Origin: a virus
Lineage: Duplodnaviria; Caudoviricetes
Strand: one strand, 5' to 3'
Virus record (IMG/VR): IMGVR_UViG_3300005611_001436
Location: 1 to 35,146 of that record
Length of the DNA: 35,146 nt
The first letter of the stretch is position 1; each line of letters begins with the position of its first letter. Under the pieces are notes generated by a model that had not been told where the DNA came from, did not search any database, and worked only from the letters and a program-made list of their open reading frames with translations. The position numbers were made by a program, and so were the translations under genes. Below, piece by piece: positions 9,097 through 20,025 of the stretch.

Positions 9097-10557
9097 ATGC
9101 CAGCAATTATAACAGATAAATTTAGAATTCACAACTCAGAGCAGTTTCAGGAGTCCTTTTCTGAAGCATCTCCTAATGTTTACTATCTTGGAATTGGTAG
9201 ACCACAAGCGTTTGCCACACAAACAAGAGCAGATAGTAGAACAGAAAACCAAGGTACAGATTCAAATCCTGTAACACCTGTAGATTGTGTAGATACTCAA
9301 ACACTAACTTATGATGACTTACTGGCAGTCAAAAAGATTACTAGTTCAGATGTAGAGTTTGTTACACCAAGAATTAACTGGACAACAGGTACAGTTTACG
9401 ACTATTACAGACACGATTACGGTAAAAGAATTACAGGTACTACAACAGCACAAACTTCAAATACAGGTGCTTCAAATTTATTTGATGCAAACTTTTATGT
9501 ATTAACAGCAGCTAGAAATGTTTACAAATGTTTAGATAACAATTCAGGTGCAAATTCAACTGTAGAACCTACAGGTACTTCAACATCTATTTTAACAACT
9601 GCCGATGGATATAAGTGGAAATATATGTACACTTTATCTGCTTCACAACAAGCAAACTTTTTATCTACAGACTTTATGGCAGTTTCAACAAATTCAACTG
9701 TATCATCAGCCGCTGTTGACGGTGCAGTAAACATATGTAAAATTAAAACTGCTGGTTCAGGTGGTACAGACGGTACTCATACAGGTATTGCAATTAGAGG
9801 TGACGGTGCTTCAGGTACAGTTTCAGTCACAGTAACATCTGGTGCAGTAACAGCCGTAACAGTTACAAATGCAGGTACAGGTTATACTTTTGGTACAATC
9901 TCAAATGCACAAATCGTAGCCGCTGGTGCAACTGGTTTGACAGGTGCAGAAATTGATGTAATTATCGAACCAAAAGGTGGCCACGGATTTAATGCAGTAG
10001 AAGAATTAGGTGCTTTCTTTGTAATGATGAATACAAGTTTAGAAGGTACAGAAAGTGCAAACTCAGGTGATGTCACAGTAGCAAATGATTTTAGAAAAGT
10101 TTGCTTAATTAGGGATCCAAATGCAGGTGGTTCAGCTGCTTCAGCAAATACATTAAGAGCTACTTACGCAGTTAACTTAACAGGTGTATCAGGAACATTT
10201 ACTGCTGATGAAGAAATTAATCAAGCAACAACTGGTGCAGTAGGTAAAGTTATTGAATGGGATTCAGTAAACAGTATTTTATATTATATTCAAACAAAAT
10301 TCAATGATGAAGGAGTAGATAGTAACGGTAATCAAACTGCTTTTAGTGGAACAAACGCTATAACAGGTCAAAGTTCTAGTGCAAGTGGAACACCAACCAC
10401 ATCAACTAGTACAATTAATAATGTTTCATTTACGAGCGGATATTCAAGTCCGGAAATTGACCATGACTCTGGTGATATTCTCTATGTAGAAAATAGAGCA
10501 CCAATAACTAGAGCAGCCGACCAGACCGAAAATATCAAACTGATTATTGAATTCTAG
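9097..10557 (+). CDS. gp8: Baseplate wedge subunit gp8
   Basis: MPAIITDKFR, YLGIGRP, VYKCLDN, DGYKWKYMY and SGDILYVENRAPITR..QTENIKLIIEF motifs. Confidence 0.92.
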   Translation: MPAIITDKFRIHNSEQFQESFSEASPNVYYLGIGRPQAFATQTRADSRTENQGTDSNPVTPVDCVDTQTLTYDDLLAVKKITSSDVEFVTPRINWTTGTVYDYYRHDYGKRITGTTTAQTSNTGASNLFDANFYVLTAARNVYKCLDNNSGANSTVEPTGTSTSILTTADGYKWKYMYTLSASQQANFLSTDFMAVSTNSTVSSAAVDGAVNICKIKTAGSGGTDGTHTGIAIRGDGASGTVSVTVTSGAVTAVTVTNAGTGYTFGTISNAQIVAAGATGLTGAEIDVIIEPKGGHGFNAVEELGAFFVMMNTSLEGTESANSGDVTVANDFRKVCLIRDPNAGGSAASANTLRATYAVNLTGVSGTFTADEEINQATTGAVGKVIEWDSVNSILYYIQTKFNDEGVDSNGNQTAFSGTNAITGQSSSASGTPTTSTSTINNVSFTSGYSSPEIDHDSGDILYVENRAPITRAADQTENIKLIIEF

Positions 10558-10567
10558 GGGAGATTAA

Positions 10568-13500
10568 ATGCCAAGTCCAACAGATTTTAACCTCTCGCCT
10601 TATTATGATGACTTTGCAGAGTCAAAGAAGTTTCATAGAATACTTTTTAGACCGTCATTTGCAGTACAGGCTAGAGAGTTAACACAATCACAATCTATTC
10701 TACAAAACCAAGTAGAAAGAGTATCAGACCACCTTTTTGAAAAAGGTGCAATGGTTATTCCTGGCGAAATTGGTTATGACTTAAATTACTATGCAGTCAA
10801 ACTTACTTCATTTACAGATTCAGCCGCAGTTGGTGTAACATTAGCAGACTTTGTTGGATTAGAATTAACAGGTCAAACTTCAGGTGTAAAAGCAAAAGTA
10901 ATTAATACATCTGCCACAGACGGTACAGACCCAAATACTTTATTTGTTAAATATGTAGATTCAGGTACAAATAATTCAACTGAAGCTTTTGCAACTGGCG
11001 AAACAATTTCAGTATCAACTACTTTACAAAGTGTAGTTACAACAGTTTCAGCAGTAGTAAATAGTACAGCAACAGGTTCAGCTGCTTATGTGGCTGCCGG
11101 TGTTTATTACATCAACGGTTTTCATGTTCAAGTTAATGAACAAACTTTAATTTTAGACAAATATTCAAACACACCAAGTTATAGAGTTGGTTTAACAGTT
11201 ACAGAATCTTTTGTAACTCCAAATGATGATAACTCTTTAAATGATAACGCAGCTGGTACTTCAAATGTCAATGCTCCAGGTGCTCATAGATTTAAAATAG
11301 ATTTAACACTTGCTAAAAAAGCATTAACAGCTGTTGATGATGCAAACTTTGTAGAATTACTTAGACTTAAATCAGGTATTTTACAAAACCAAGTTAGAAC
11401 AACTGAGTATGCAGTATTAGAAGATACTTTAGCAAGAAGAACATTTGACGAATCAGGTGATTATGCAGTTAGAAATTTTGATTTAGATTTAAGAGAACAT
11501 TTAATCTCAGGCAACAATAGAGGTATTTACACAGCAGTTAATGGTGGTAGTGAATCTAAGATTGCCGCTGGTATGGGACCAGGTAAAGCATATGTTAAAG
11601 GTTATGAAATTGAAACTATCGGTACTACTTTTGTTGATGTAAACAAAGCAAGAGATTTCGATACACAAAATAACTTTACAACAAAATTTGATGTAGGTAA
11701 CTATGTCAATGTTACAAATATTTACGGTTCACCTGATATAGGTTTCGTATCTGCCGCTACTGAAGCATTTAAAAGAGTTAACTTATACAGTACACTAACA
11801 AGTTCCAGAGGAACAGAAAATGCAGGTAGTGGTGCAAGTATCAATACAATTGGCCGTGCTAAATCCAGAGGTTTCCAATATGTAACGGGAACACCTAGTA
11901 GTTTCACATTTGCAAGTTCAGGTCTTACAGATGCAGTTTACAGACATTATTTGTTTGATATTAATATGTTCACTCATTTGAACATTAGAACAAATCAATC
12001 ATTTACAACTGGCGAAACTATTACAGGTTCAACTTCAGGTGCAACTGGTACTGTAGAAAGTATATCTACTACAACTGCCGTAGCTGCATCATCAATAACT
12101 GTTGCAAGTCCAGGTGTTGTATCAGCAACAGCACACGGCTTAAAAGAAGGCCAGCAAATTACATTTAGTGCAATTTCAGCCCAAAATAATTCGGTTGCTA
12201 TGTCAACAAGTGATGTGTTTACAGTTAGAAATCCAGGCACAAATGATTTTGAATTATATGAAAGTGATGGAACAACAGCAACAAATATTACTTCATATTC
12301 ATCTTCAGGTAATGTATTACACGGTGTTGTAATTTGTTCAAGTGTAAATGGTGCATTTATTCCTGGTGAAACAATCACAGGCGGTACTTCAAGCAACACA
12401 GCTATTATTCAAACAGATGCAGTTGGTTTAAGAGGAGTTAGAACACACGATTTTTCTGCTACTAAACAAATTGGTATGGCAGGTTCTCCAACTTATACTG
12501 CTGATGTTAATAGAAGTGCAACATATGGTGAAAGTTTACAAGTCACTGGTACTTTATCAGTAGCAAATAGTGGTGATGCAGTATCAGGTTTTGGTACTTT
12601 ATTTACAACTGAATTAAAAGTTGGTGATGAGATTACATTTAATACAGACGCAGGTACTTCATTAACTAGAATTGTAGAAGCTATTATTTCAGATACAAGT
12701 TTAACAATTTCAGTTGCAGTTGGTGGTTCAGATGTTTCTACTAAAACTGTTGCAACAAGAAATAGAGGTAGATTACAAGATTCACAAAAAAATATTTCTA
12801 TCTTTAAATTACCTAATGATGCAGTTAAAACATTAAAGACCACATCAAACAATGGTATTACAGATACAAACTTTAAAGTAAGAAGACAATTTGTATTACA
12901 ATTATCATCTGGTTCAGGACAAATTTCAGCAGGTACAAATGAAACTTTTGCAAGTTTAGCTGAAGGCGATTATACAATTTCAATATCTGCTATTAACGCA
13001 GCTTCAGTTGGTGCAACAGGTAACATACTAAGTTTAACAGGTAATAATGGAGATGGCAACCCTATCTTTACACTATCTGGTTCTCCAACAGGTAAAACAC
13101 TTGATATAGATTTTGGTACTGCTTATGCTGATGCCGAATTAAAAATTTTAGCAACAGTTAACCGTTCAGTTGCAGGTTCAAAAACAAAAACATTAAACTC
13201 TGGTTCAACTGTAGCCATTTCTAATCAAACAACAATTCAAAGTGGCACAATCGGTTTAGGTAAAGCAGATGTTTATACAATTAATGCAGTTTATATGGCT
13301 GCTGATTTCTCAACACCAGCAACTACAAGTGATACAAACATTACAAGTAGATTTGATTTAGATACAGGTCAAAGAGATAACTTCTATGACATTGGTAGAT
13401 TAAAATTAAAAGATGGTGAATTAACACCAACAGGTAGACTATTAGTTAATTTTGATTTCTTCTCACACGGTTCAGGAGATTATTTTGATGTTGACTCTTA

Positions 13501-16500
13501 CTCAGGTGTTGTAAACTATGCAGACATTCCAGAATATACTTCAGATACTACAGGTAGAACATATCAATTAAGAGATTGTTTAGACTTTAGACCACGAGTT
13601 GATGATGCGTCAACTATTAATTCAGGTGGCCAAGATAGAAGTTATGATGGTTCAGGTGCATCAACAGTAGATGTTGTTAAGTTTGGTGATGATGTAACAA
13701 CTGACTTTGAATTTTACTTACCAAGAATTGATAAAATTTTCTTAGATAAAGAAGGTGCTTTTAAAGTTGTAGAAGGTGCGTCTTCTTTAAACCCACAAGT
13801 TCCTAAAAACTTAGACAATGCAATGCATTTATATACATTGTATCTAGCGCCTTACACACTATCTACCGAAGAAATTGAAATTATCACTGTAGATAATCGT
13901 AGATATACAATGAGAGATATTGGTAGATTAGAAAAGAGAATTGAAAACTTAGAATACTATACTCAATTATCTTTATTAGAAACACAAACACAAAATTTAC
14001 AAATACAAGACGCTGAAGGATTTGATAGATTTAAAAATGGATTTATTGTAGATAACTTTACAGGTCACGGTATTGGTGATGTAGGTAATTTAGATTACAA
14101 AGTTGCAATGGATATGGCTCAAGGTGAGGCAAGACCATTATGTAAAACAGATTCAGTACAATTAATTGAGGCAGATGATGATGGCACAACTATTATTGCT
14201 TCAGATAGAACAGACAACAACTATGCTAAAACTGGTGATTTAATTACATTACCTTACCAAGAACAAACATTAGTTGACCAACCTTTTGCAAGTAAATTTA
14301 TCAATGTTAACCCATTCAATGTATTCACTTGGGTAGGTACAGTAGAGTTAGACCCACCAGGCGATGAATGGAAAGAAACTGAAAGAGTTCCTGAATTAGT
14401 TGTTAACCAAAATGGTATGTTTGATACTATGGTTGCAAACTTAGGTAATCCAAATCTACAAGAAATTGAAATGGGTACAGTTTGGAATGAATGGCAAGAC
14501 AATTGGGTAGGAAGACCTGTTGAAGGTGGTGCAAGAGATATTGGTGGTACATTTAGAGAACAAACATTTGCTTTTGGTGTTCCAAGAAGAGTTTTACAAA
14601 GACAAGAAATTACAACTGTTCAACAAGTAAATCAAACAAGAACAGGTGTTAGAAATGTATTAGTACCACAAGTTGTAAGAAATTCATTAGGCGACAGAAT
14701 TATTAATGTTGCATTTATACCTTTCATTAGAAGTAGAACAGTAAACTTTACAGGTACAAGATTTAAACCTAATACAAGATTATATGCTTTCTTTGATAAC
14801 ATTGATGTAAGTTCATATATTACACCTACAGGTGGTGCATTAGGTGGAAACATTATTACAAATGCTAATGGTGAAGTATCAGGTGCGTTTGCAATACCTG
14901 ACCCTACAGTAAACTCAAATCCAAGATGGCGTACAGGTGAAAGAGTATTCAGATTAACAAGTTCATCTACAGATGACAGAAATTCAGATATTGCTACTGC
15001 TGGTGAAGCAGACTATATCGCTAGAGGTACTTTAGAAACAGTTAGAGAAACAATTGTTTCAACAAGAGAACCTAGACTTGTTAGAGAAAACACTACAGAA
15101 ACTAGAACAATTGCTAGAACATCTACAAGAACAGCCAATAGACAAGTTGGTTGGTGGGATCCTCTTGCTCAAACATTCTTAATTGATGACCCAGGAGGAG
15201 TTTTCATTACTTCACTTGACTTATACTTCCAATCTAAAGACGATAATATTCCTGTTACTGTTCAAATTAGAGAAGTTGTTAATGGTTATCCTTCAACTAC
15301 AATTTTACCATTCTCGGAAGTAACTTTAAATCCAAGTTCAGTTAGTGTAAGTGAATTAGGAACAACAGCAACTACATTTACATTCCCAAGTCCTGTTTAC
15401 ATACAAGAAAATGTTGAATACTGTTTTGTTGTATTGGCTAACTCAGCAAACTATAATGCTTATGTGGCAAGAATAGGTCAAACAAATTTAGGTTCTGATA
15501 GAACAATATCACAACAACCATATGCTGGTGTATTATTTAAATCTCAAAATGGTTCTACTTGGACTGCTGAACAAAATGAAGATATGAAGTTCAAACTAAA
15601 AAGAGCAGAATTTAGTAATGTTACAGGTAATGTTACTTTTGTTAATGATACATTGCCAAGCAGAACACTTAAAAATAATCCATTAAGAACAACAAGTGGT
15701 TCAGATGTTATTAGAGTTTTCCATCCAAACCACGGTATGCACGGAACATCAAACAATGTTACAATTTCTGGATTAGAAGCAAGTACAAGTTACAATGGTA
15801 TTAATGGTTCTTCTATTAACGGAACATACACAAGTATTTCAAATGTAACATTAGATAGTTATGATATTCAGATTGCAGACAGCTCAACTGCTACATCAAC
15901 AGGTGATGCTGGTGGTTCTACAGTTGTTGCAACTCAAAACAGATTGTATGATGTTGCAATGTTAAACATTCAAACTATGACTGTTCCTGATACAAGTATT
16001 TCAACCTCAATTAGACCTACAAGTGGTAAGTCAGTACACGGTTCTGAAACAGAATTTAGTTTAACATCAAGTACAAATGCAATTTCAGTTGTTGCAAATG
16101 ATAATATTTACTTTGAAGTGCCTCAAATGGTGGCTAGTGATATTAACCAAACAAATGAAATGTCTGGTAGTAAATCATTATTTGTAACTTGTTCATTAAG
16201 TACATCAAATACAAAATTATCACCTGTAATTGATACTCAAAGAATTAGTATGATTACAGTTCAAAACAGATTGAACAGCCCTACAGCTATTAATCATCCG
16301 ACATTTAGAGATGATGAACAATCAAGTGGTTCATCTACAGCGGCTATTTACTGTACAAGACCAATTGTATTAGATAACAATTCTACAGCATTAGAAGTAA
16401 GATTAACTTCAAATGTAAGGTCAGATGCCGAAGTTGAAGTGTATTATAAAATTACATCTTCCGAAGAAGTTAGAGATATTAAAGATTTAAATTGGGTACC

Positions 16501-16693
16501 ATTTAATGGTGACGGTAGCGAAGATATTGCCGTAACACCTGCTGAAACAAATGGTGAATTTAAAGAATACAAATATTCAGCAACAGGATTATTAGACTTT
16601 ACTGCTTTCCAAATTAAGATTGCAATGAAAGGTACTAATTCAGCACACGCTCCTAGAATCAAAGATTTAAGAGGAATTGCATTGGCGGTGTAG
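10568..16693 (+). CDS. Large virion structural protein, VrlC/DUF4815-like
   Basis: PYYDDF..ILFRP..VQARELTQ, APGAHR, LARRTFDESGDY, RYTMRDIG, RFKNGFIVDNF and DPLAQTF motifs; 2041 aa. Confidence 0.85.
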   Translation: MPSPTDFNLSPYYDDFAESKKFHRILFRPSFAVQARELTQSQSILQNQVERVSDHLFEKGAMVIPGEIGYDLNYYAVKLTSFTDSAAVGVTLADFVGLELTGQTSGVKAKVINTSATDGTDPNTLFVKYVDSGTNNSTEAFATGETISVSTTLQSVVTTVSAVVNSTATGSAAYVAAGVYYINGFHVQVNEQTLILDKYSNTPSYRVGLTVTESFVTPNDDNSLNDNAAGTSNVNAPGAHRFKIDLTLAKKALTAVDDANFVELLRLKSGILQNQVRTTEYAVLEDTLARRTFDESGDYAVRNFDLDLREHLISGNNRGIYTAVNGGSESKIAAGMGPGKAYVKGYEIETIGTTFVDVNKARDFDTQNNFTTKFDVGNYVNVTNIYGSPDIGFVSAATEAFKRVNLYSTLTSSRGTENAGSGASINTIGRAKSRGFQYVTGTPSSFTFASSGLTDAVYRHYLFDINMFTHLNIRTNQSFTTGETITGSTSGATGTVESISTTTAVAASSITVASPGVVSATAHGLKEGQQITFSAISAQNNSVAMSTSDVFTVRNPGTNDFELYESDGTTATNITSYSSSGNVLHGVVICSSVNGAFIPGETITGGTSSNTAIIQTDAVGLRGVRTHDFSATKQIGMAGSPTYTADVNRSATYGESLQVTGTLSVANSGDAVSGFGTLFTTELKVGDEITFNTDAGTSLTRIVEAIISDTSLTISVAVGGSDVSTKTVATRNRGRLQDSQKNISIFKLPNDAVKTLKTTSNNGITDTNFKVRRQFVLQLSSGSGQISAGTNETFASLAEGDYTISISAINAASVGATGNILSLTGNNGDGNPIFTLSGSPTGKTLDIDFGTAYADAELKILATVNRSVAGSKTKTLNSGSTVAISNQTTIQSGTIGLGKADVYTINAVYMAADFSTPATTSDTNITSRFDLDTGQRDNFYDIGRLKLKDGELTPTGRLLVNFDFFSHGSGDYFDVDSYSGVVNYADIPEYTSDTTGRTYQLRDCLDFRPRVDDASTINSGGQDRSYDGSGASTVDVVKFGDDVTTDFEFYLPRIDKIFLDKEGAFKVVEGASSLNPQVPKNLDNAMHLYTLYLAPYTLSTEEIEIITVDNRRYTMRDIGRLEKRIENLEYYTQLSLLETQTQNLQIQDAEGFDRFKNGFIVDNFTGHGIGDVGNLDYKVAMDMAQGEARPLCKTDSVQLIEADDDGTTIIASDRTDNNYAKTGDLITLPYQEQTLVDQPFASKFINVNPFNVFTWVGTVELDPPGDEWKETERVPELVVNQNGMFDTMVANLGNPNLQEIEMGTVWNEWQDNWVGRPVEGGARDIGGTFREQTFAFGVPRRVLQRQEITTVQQVNQTRTGVRNVLVPQVVRNSLGDRIINVAFIPFIRSRTVNFTGTRFKPNTRLYAFFDNIDVSSYITPTGGALGGNIITNANGEVSGAFAIPDPTVNSNPRWRTGERVFRLTSSSTDDRNSDIATAGEADYIARGTLETVRETIVSTREPRLVRENTTETRTIARTSTRTANRQVGWWDPLAQTFLIDDPGGVFITSLDLYFQSKDDNIPVTVQIREVVNGYPSTTILPFSEVTLNPSSVSVSELGTTATTFTFPSPVYIQENVEYCFVVLANSANYNAYVARIGQTNLGSDRTISQQPYAGVLFKSQNGSTWTAEQNEDMKFKLKRAEFSNVTGNVTFVNDTLPSRTLKNNPLRTTSGSDVIRVFHPNHGMHGTSNNVTISGLEASTSYNGINGSSINGTYTSISNVTLDSYDIQIADSSTATSTGDAGGSTVVATQNRLYDVAMLNIQTMTVPDTSISTSIRPTSGKSVHGSETEFSLTSSTNAISVVANDNIYFEVPQMVASDINQTNEMSGSKSLFVTCSLSTSNTKLSPVIDTQRISMITVQNRLNSPTAINHPTFRDDEQSSGSSTAAIYCTRPIVLDNNSTALEVRLTSNVRSDAEVEVYYKITSSEEVRDIKDLNWVPFNGDGSEDIAVTPAETNGEFKEYKYSATGLLDFTAFQIKIAMKGTNSAHAPRIKDLRGIALAV

Positions 16694-16694
16694 T

Positions 16695-16916
16695 ATGACA
16701 AGATTGAAAGTTGAAGGTTATTCTAGTTTAGTAAGAGAAGTAAATTCAAAAGGTATTGTAAATACAAATACCTCAGAATATATGACTTATATGAAAAGAG
16801 TGAGAGCTAGAGAACAACACGGTGACCAAATTCGTAATGCGTGTAAAGAGATAAATAATCTTAAACAAGAGTTATATGAAATTAAAAATTTAATAAAAGA
16901 GATGGTTAAAAAATAA
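16695..16916 (+). CDS. Small coiled-coil hypothetical protein downstream of VrlC
   Basis: ATG 16695 directly after the VrlC stop; KVEGYSSLVR...EINNLKQELYEIKNLI. Confidence 0.75.
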   Translation: MTRLKVEGYSSLVREVNSKGIVNTNTSEYMTYMKRVRAREQHGDQIRNACKEINNLKQELYEIKNLIKEMVKK

Positions 16917-17842
16917 TGGCAGCTAGAACAATATTACAAACCGATACACTAGAAACCTTTAGACTACAGTTTAATGCTTTGTCTTCACAGGACTTTGGTG
17001 ATATTGCGACACTATCAGGCGCTATTTCAGCGACTAATATTGTTGATGCAATGAATGAAACTATCGGTATTGCAACATCTACTGCCGGTTTTACAATTGA
17101 AGATAGTTCATCAACTCAACAGATTATCGGTGGTGGTGATACTTTAAGAGTATTTGGTACTTCAAATGAAATTGAAGCAGTTGTAAGTGCAACAGATACT
17201 TTAACAATTGGTTTACCAAATAATGTAACTATCGGAAATAATTTAACAGTTACAAATGATTTAACTGTATCAAACACAGCAAATATTGGTTCTTTAAATA
17301 CAGCAACAATTAGTTCAGTTGATAGTACAACAGTTACAGTAAATGATAACTTTTCAGTTTCAGGTAACTCTACATTAGGTACTATCTTTATAAATGGCAA
17401 TACAATTAATACAACTGACTCTACAACATTAACATTAGGTACAAACACAGTTGTTGACGGCACTTTTGGTGTTGTTGGTGGTTCTACATTAGGAAATGTA
17501 AAACTTGGAATACCAGGACAATATGATTTAACATCTACATCAGGTTTCTTTAGTGTTGATGCAACACTTTACTTAGCACCAAACAGACCACTTGTGTTTG
17601 AAGGTGCTACAGCAGATGACTTTGAAACAACTTTAAGACCTGTTGATGCAACAGCAGACAGACTTATTTTTATACCAAATGAAAACGGTACTATTATTAC
17701 TACAGGTTCTATAGACGCAATTACAGAATCAATGATGGCCAATGATGCAATTGGTTCAGCAGAATTAAAAAGTGTTGTACAATTAATTATCTACAATTCT
17801 TCAGGAACACCATTAAAAACACTGTACGGCGCAGGTGCATAA
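16916..17842 (+). CDS. Fibre-like virion protein
   Basis: TDTLETFRLQFN N-terminus; beta-rich repeats; LVFEGATADDFETTL module. Confidence 0.7.
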   Translation: MAARTILQTDTLETFRLQFNALSSQDFGDIATLSGAISATNIVDAMNETIGIATSTAGFTIEDSSSTQQIIGGGDTLRVFGTSNEIEAVVSATDTLTIGLPNNVTIGNNLTVTNDLTVSNTANIGSLNTATISSVDSTTVTVNDNFSVSGNSTLGTIFINGNTINTTDSTTLTLGTNTVVDGTFGVVGGSTLGNVKLGIPGQYDLTSTSGFFSVDATLYLAPNRPLVFEGATADDFETTLRPVDATADRLIFIPNENGTIITTGSIDAITESMMANDAIGSAELKSVVQLIIYNSSGTPLKTLYGAGA

Positions 17843-17845
17843 ATA
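17838..17845 (+). promoter_or_regulatory. Variant late promoter CATAAATA
   Basis: NATAAATA overlapping the stop codon, 12 nt before the next ATG. Confidence 0.5.
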
Positions 17846-17857
17846 TGAGATTAGATT

Positions 17858-18799
17858 ATGGCAGTAAGAACACCTTTATACAATAACGCTGGTAATATCC
17901 AGCAAATGACAAGTACAATGATTGATGAAATCATTGCACAAGTTGTATATCAATACTCAGTAAATCCAGGGGTTGCTCTTAGTGTAGTAGGTTCAGGTGG
18001 AAACTTAGGTACAATTTCAGATACAAGATTACAAGCAGGTGCGGCCTCTACTAGTACAACAGGATTTCCTAGTGAAGCAACAACAGCAGAACCTTCAGTT
18101 GTAACAGTCAATTATTCAAAAATTAATCAATCTTTAGCAGGCACATCTTTAACAGCAGACACAGGTAAATTATATCCCGTTTACTTAGATGGTTCTAATA
18201 ATATGGTTGCTATGACTTTACAGGATATGAAAGATACTTTTATTCATCCAGCAATTGATTTATTAACAAGTGGTTCTACAACAACAAGTCAAGCAGGTAC
18301 ATATTATATTTCAAGTACAGCTTCAGTTTCAGGTGCAACCGAAGTAAGTGGTATTAGTACGGCAGTTTTTTCAAATACAGAAGCAGATACATCTCAATAT
18401 ACAGCAGCTGGTATTGGAGAAACTTTAGACCAACCACAGACTTTACAAAATTTTTATTTACAAAGAATTACAAGAACAAATCCAACTTATACACTACCAA
18501 TGTATATTAGAAGTGATAACAATATACAAGTTTATCCTACAAGTGATTTTGAAACAATGATTAAAAACTTAATTGATTACACAGCAGAAAGTTCAGCAGA
18601 CGGTTATTCAATTTCATATAATTTGGGTACTTCAGGTTCAGGTAATACTAGAGGTTCTGGTATGACAGATACAAGATTAAATGGTTCTGGTAATTATCAA
18701 ACAAGATTTGTTAATGCTGATGATTATAGAGCACAAGAATTTCCAAACGGTACTTCCGTTGCAGTAAATACATATTATTTAAGAATTAATAAATCTTAA
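17858..18799 (+). CDS. Putative virion structural protein with internal repeats
   Basis: Ser/Thr/Gly-rich; repeated P(L/V/M)Y...N(I/M) and DTRL units; late-gene context. Confidence 0.6.
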   Translation: MAVRTPLYNNAGNIQQMTSTMIDEIIAQVVYQYSVNPGVALSVVGSGGNLGTISDTRLQAGAASTSTTGFPSEATTAEPSVVTVNYSKINQSLAGTSLTADTGKLYPVYLDGSNNMVAMTLQDMKDTFIHPAIDLLTSGSTTTSQAGTYYISSTASVSGATEVSGISTAVFSNTEADTSQYTAAGIGETLDQPQTLQNFYLQRITRTNPTYTLPMYIRSDNNIQVYPTSDFETMIKNLIDYTAESSADGYSISYNLGTSGSGNTRGSGMTDTRLNGSGNYQTRFVNADDYRAQEFPNGTSVAVNTYYLRINKS

Positions 18800-18818
18800 T
18801 TAATTTAAAGAGGTTATT

Positions 18819-19547
18819 ATGAATATATTATTAACAGGCAGTGATGGATTTATAGGCTCTCATCTATTCTCACATCTAAAAAAGAAACATAGTGTAATTG
18901 GATTGGATATTAAAAATAATAATAATATTCTTTCTTGTGATTTACCTAATAACATTGATTTAGTCATTCATCTAGCCGGTCTTTCAGGTGTTAGAGATAG
19001 TTTAACACGACCCACAGAATATTGGAAAACAAATGTAATTGGTGGTCAAAGACTATTTGATTTTTACAAAGATACTAGAATAATCTATGCAAGTTCAAGT
19101 ACAGCTTGGGAACCTTGGAGAAATCCATATGCAATGAGTAAGTACAGTTTAGAACAATTACAACATTCTAATTCTTTAGGTTTAAGATTTACAACTGTTT
19201 ACGGACCTAATGCTAGAGAAAATATGTTAATACCTTTAATAATAAAAAATAAGGTGCATTATTTAAATGTAAATCATATTAGAGATTTTATTCATGTAGA
19301 TGATATTATTTCAGCAATAGATACTATGATGTCTATTAACCTAACAGGAGTGATAGATGTAGGCACCGGAGTATCTAATAAACTTGTTGATATTGCTAGT
19401 TACTTTAAATTAGATTATATCAAAATGATAGGTGATGAAACTGAAAGACTGGACAATACTGCTGATACAACTGTACTAAATAAATATGGTTGGAAAGCAA
19501 AAGTGAATTTGTACCAATACATTGAGGAAAATAAATATGTTAACTAA
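18819..19547 (+). CDS. NAD-dependent nucleotide-sugar epimerase/dehydratase (extended SDR)
   Basis: TGSDGFIG, HLAG, ASSS, YAMSK (YxxxK), RFTTVYGP and RDFIHVDD motifs. Confidence 0.92.
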   Translation: MNILLTGSDGFIGSHLFSHLKKKHSVIGLDIKNNNNILSCDLPNNIDLVIHLAGLSGVRDSLTRPTEYWKTNVIGGQRLFDFYKDTRIIYASSSTAWEPWRNPYAMSKYSLEQLQHSNSLGLRFTTVYGPNARENMLIPLIIKNKVHYLNVNHIRDFIHVDDIISAIDTMMSINLTGVIDVGTGVSNKLVDIASYFKLDYIKMIGDETERLDNTADTTVLNKYGWKAKVNLYQYIEENKYVN

Positions 19548-20025
19548 AGAATACTTAGATAAAAACTTTATCACAGCACATTTTTGTGATAATGAAAGAA
19601 CACAAATAGAAATCATTACAAAATCGGAAGACGGAAAGGCAATCATACCTACTGTTATTCCTTTTGATAAATCACATCCTTGGTGTGAGTTGTTATTTCA
19701 ATATGTAGATTTAGACCAATTACACGAAAATACTTGGAATAAAATACAAGATGATAGAGATGCCTTTAAAAAGGTAGTTTGGGATATTGCAAAACAAGAC
19801 GGTATCTTACAAGAAGTTGGTAAGAAAAATGCTGAAGATGTATTTGGTATTATCAATGACTTTATCTTTAACTTTGACGAAACAAAAGCAGAACAATTAT
19901 TTGCTTTTAAATTGGCCTTATTTGAAATTGAAAAAGTTAAAAATGCAAGTAATGATGTAAAATCTACAATTAGAAAATCAAAGAGTCCTCAGGAAGCTTT
20001 GATGGCCGTGTTCTCTATAAAATAG
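19537..20025 (+). CDS. Hypothetical protein
   Basis: ORF track 19522..20025; better start ATG 19537 after GAGG; no recognised motif. Confidence 0.7.
   Translation: MLTKEYLDKNFITAHFCDNERTQIEIITKSEDGKAIIPTVIPFDKSHPWCELLFQYVDLDQLHENTWNKIQDDRDAFKKVVWDIAKQDGILQEVGKKNAEDVFGIINDFIFNFDETKAEQLFAFKLALFEIEKVKNASNDVKSTIRKSKSPQEALMAVFSIK

Noticed and set aside
5297-17463. Many antisense ORFs inside structural genes (e.g. 6530..7288, 11995..12399, 12493..12852, 17116..17463)
   Set aside because: Shadow frames of codon-biased genes; Val/Pro/Ser-rich mirror composition with no motifs.
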